A stretch of 1,276 bases of DNA from Naegleria gruberi (taxonomy: Eukaryota), in assembly GCA_000004985.1 (NCBI GenBank), contig GG739460.1; one strand, 5' to 3'. Below, piece by piece: positions 1-1,276 of the stretch; positions within the stretch are counted from its first letter, which is position 1, and every line of letters starts with the position of its first letter. The notes under the pieces are model-generated. The model had not been told where the DNA came from and made no database searches. It saw nothing but the letters and a program-made list of their open reading frames with translations. The translations under genes and the position numbers were made by a program.

Positions 1-1
1 C

Positions 2-1276
2 AAATGGCATCTCCATTGCTGTCCTTGATTGTGTAAGAGAGAGTGGCTTCCAATCCTTATAATCTTGAGAGGACCATTCAGAATAATCTAATTGAGAGAA
101 ACTGTGTGTAACCTTCATATCTAACTTCATATTTTCACCTTCTTTAAAGTCACAACGAGTAGATATATTTTTGGTTTCAAATGATGTACCCAAGTTAACT
201 TCAGAATTAAAGAACTTTTCACCATTTCTAATACTGATACTACTAGAGAAGTAACCAGCATTTGTTTGATCATTAATTAACATTTCCATAAGTGTTGCTT
301 CTTCAGTGTCTGGCTTGGCTACAGCAAATTCTATAGACACTCTCTTTTCCAACAATGTAAACTTTCTAGAGGTTGGAATTACACTCTTCACAACTTGGTT
401 AGGGTTGGTGGTACACTTGTCTTTGGTACCATTGTTAACAAAGCCGACACTAACCTTAATTGTAATCTCACCAGTCTTCTTAGAAATCATTGGAATGAAT
501 ACTGGCTTGACGTCAGGAGTAACAACACTACCGGTCTTTGGATCGACAGTTTCTTCTGTTGGAGAAGCAGTCTCACTTAAAGCACTGGACAAGAATGTCA
601 GTACACCACTCATACTCTTTTCTTCTTCTTGAATAACTGTAGTTGATGCAGTTGTAGTGGTTGTGCTATTTTGAGTGTTAGTGCCAAACTCAGCAGGAGT
701 AAACATAACATATGCATTAAGAGTTTTTGGGGAATAAACTTCTCCATTATCTGATGAGACTTGGACTGAAATAAATCCAATATTGGTCAAGTCATTCAAA
801 ACCATGTCAGCTGTAACGTAATCTTCAGAAACATATGTAGCATCAACAATCTTTGTAACAAGTATATCATTCACAAAATATTCATATTTAACCTTGACTT
901 GATAATTATCAAAGAATACACCATAAATACCAAGTTTTGTCTCGGAAAGCTTTTCAATCTTCTTTACAGAATTGTCGTAAAGTGTCATATCCACAGAGAT
1001 AGTAGTATCCAAGCCATCCAATCCCAAGTAAAAAGTGATTGGCTTCTTTTTGGAAATTGTGGTGGCATCTTTCAAATCTGAGGAGGTCATACAAACTTGG
1101 TAGTTCTTGCATAATGTGCTTTCAGATGGATTACTAATTGAGTAGGACACCTTTGAATTGAGTTTGGTAGAGAGTACAGATCCCTTTAGAATGAACGAAT
1201 CGAAAGTCATGCCAAATGAAGTACCAGTGTAAAGTGGTAAAACGTTTTTAGAAATCTTCAAAAGCTTTGGTCGGTA
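2..1276 (-). CDS. Internal fragment of a large protein-coding gene, open at both window edges. Product unknown: a hydrophilic, beta-strand-rich protein with a central Thr-rich linker.
   Basis: Manual reverse-complement translation gives 425 sense codons with no stop. The first codon is + 1276..1274 (tac, Y) and the last is + 4..2 (ttt, F); one leftover base sits at position 1. All 425 in-frame + strand triplets were checked and none is TTA, CTA or TCA. The fragment begins YRPKLLKISKNVLPLYTGTSFGMTFDSFILKGSVLSTKLNSKVSYSISNPSESTLCKNYQVCMTSSDLKD and ends FETKNISTRCDFKEGENMKLDMKVTHSFSQLDYSEWSSQDYKDWKPLSLTQSRTAMEMPF. Synonymous codon use is coherent throughout: Gln CAA 10 of 10, Pro CCA 12 of 15, Gly GGT 11 of 19, Lys AAG about 25 of 36. 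The other five frames are interrupted by stops; the longest listed + ORF is 108 aa. An open frame this long in AT-rich DNA is very unlikely by chance. Confidence 0.86.
638..682 (-). other. Thr/Ser-rich low-complexity linker inside the CDS (TNTQNSTTTTTASTT), followed C-terminally by an acidic EEEK motif. The EEE is encoded by a short (GAA)3 run, read as (TTC)3 at + 620..628.
   Basis: Minus-strand codons from + 682 down to + 638 read act aac act caa aat agc aca acc act aca act gca tca act aca. This is a run of ACN and TCN codons in an otherwise mixed-composition protein. The next codons are gtt att caa gaa gaa gaa aag (VIQEEEK). Confidence 0.6.

Noticed and set aside
306-632. 108-aa + strand ORF from the track (MSGLATANSIDTLFSNNVNFLEVGITLFTTWLGLVVHLSLVPLLTKPTLTLIVISPVFLEIIGMNTGLTSGVTTLPVFGSTVSSVGEAVSLKALDKNVSTPLILFSSS) and the nested 61-aa ORF at 395..580
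   Set aside because: Both lie entirely antisense to the 425-codon minus-strand frame. Their L/V/T/S-rich composition is what antisense reading of AAG, GAA, ACT and AGA-type codons produces. They are short and flanked by stops, while the opposite strand is open across the whole window with coherent codon bias. I treat them as shadow ORFs, not genes.
617-682. Possible tandem repeat or minisatellite, as in yeast flocculin or cell-wall genes
   Set aside because: There is only one short Thr-rich stretch and a (TTC)3 trinucleotide. There is no multi-copy tandem unit at nucleotide or protein level anywhere in the window. It is better described as a simple low-complexity linker.
899-1081. 60-aa + strand ORF (MIIIKEYTINTKFCLGKLFNLLYRIVVKCHIHRDSSIQAIQSQVKSDWLLFGNCGGIFQI)
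   Set aside because: Same reasoning: it is antisense to the long minus-strand CDS, at minimal length, with no supporting signal.
1208-1210. First in-frame ATG of the minus-strand frame (Met at fragment residue 23) as a possible true start codon
   Set aside because: The 22 codons upstream of it (towards + 1276) show the same codon preferences (cca, aag, ttg, ggt) and coding-like composition. The downstream sequence (MTFDSFILKGSV) does not look like an N-terminal signal or a typical start context. It is more likely an internal Met. This cannot be fully excluded without upstream sequence.
1-1276. Looked for CRISPR repeats, tRNA or rRNA-like structure, IS or transposon inverted repeats, promoters and terminators
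   Set aside because: No direct or inverted repeats of meaningful length were noticed. The entire window is occupied by one coding frame, so intergenic regulatory elements are not expected. Any weak hairpins would be inside the CDS and unsupported.

Overview
The whole 1276-nt window lies inside one uninterrupted reading frame on the minus strand (codons tile + coordinates 1276 down to 2, 425 sense codons, no stop). This frame is missing from the supplied ORF track, presumably because it has no start or stop inside the window. I checked it codon by codon: no + strand triplet beginning at a position congruent to 2 mod 3 is TTA, CTA or TCA, so there is no minus-strand TAA, TAG or TGA. All other frames are broken by frequent stops. 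The three + strand ORFs of 60 to 108 aa are antisense shadows of this frame. The encoded 425-aa internal fragment is hydrophilic and beta-strand-like. It has a Thr-rich low-complexity linker (TNTQNSTTTTTASTT followed by EEEK) near its middle, only 4 Cys, and no transmembrane-like stretch. I do not recognise the family. The sequence is AT-rich and uses only CAA for Gln, mostly CCA for Pro, GGT for Gly, AGA for Arg and AAG for Lys. That fits a budding-yeast nuclear gene or a low-GC Lactobacillus-type Firmicute, and I cannot tell which from the sequence alone. Neither gene end falls in the window, so no promoter, terminator, RNA gene, CRISPR array or mobile-element boundary can be supported. I see no evidence of a multi-gene system here, only one intragenic fragment of a large protein of unknown function.
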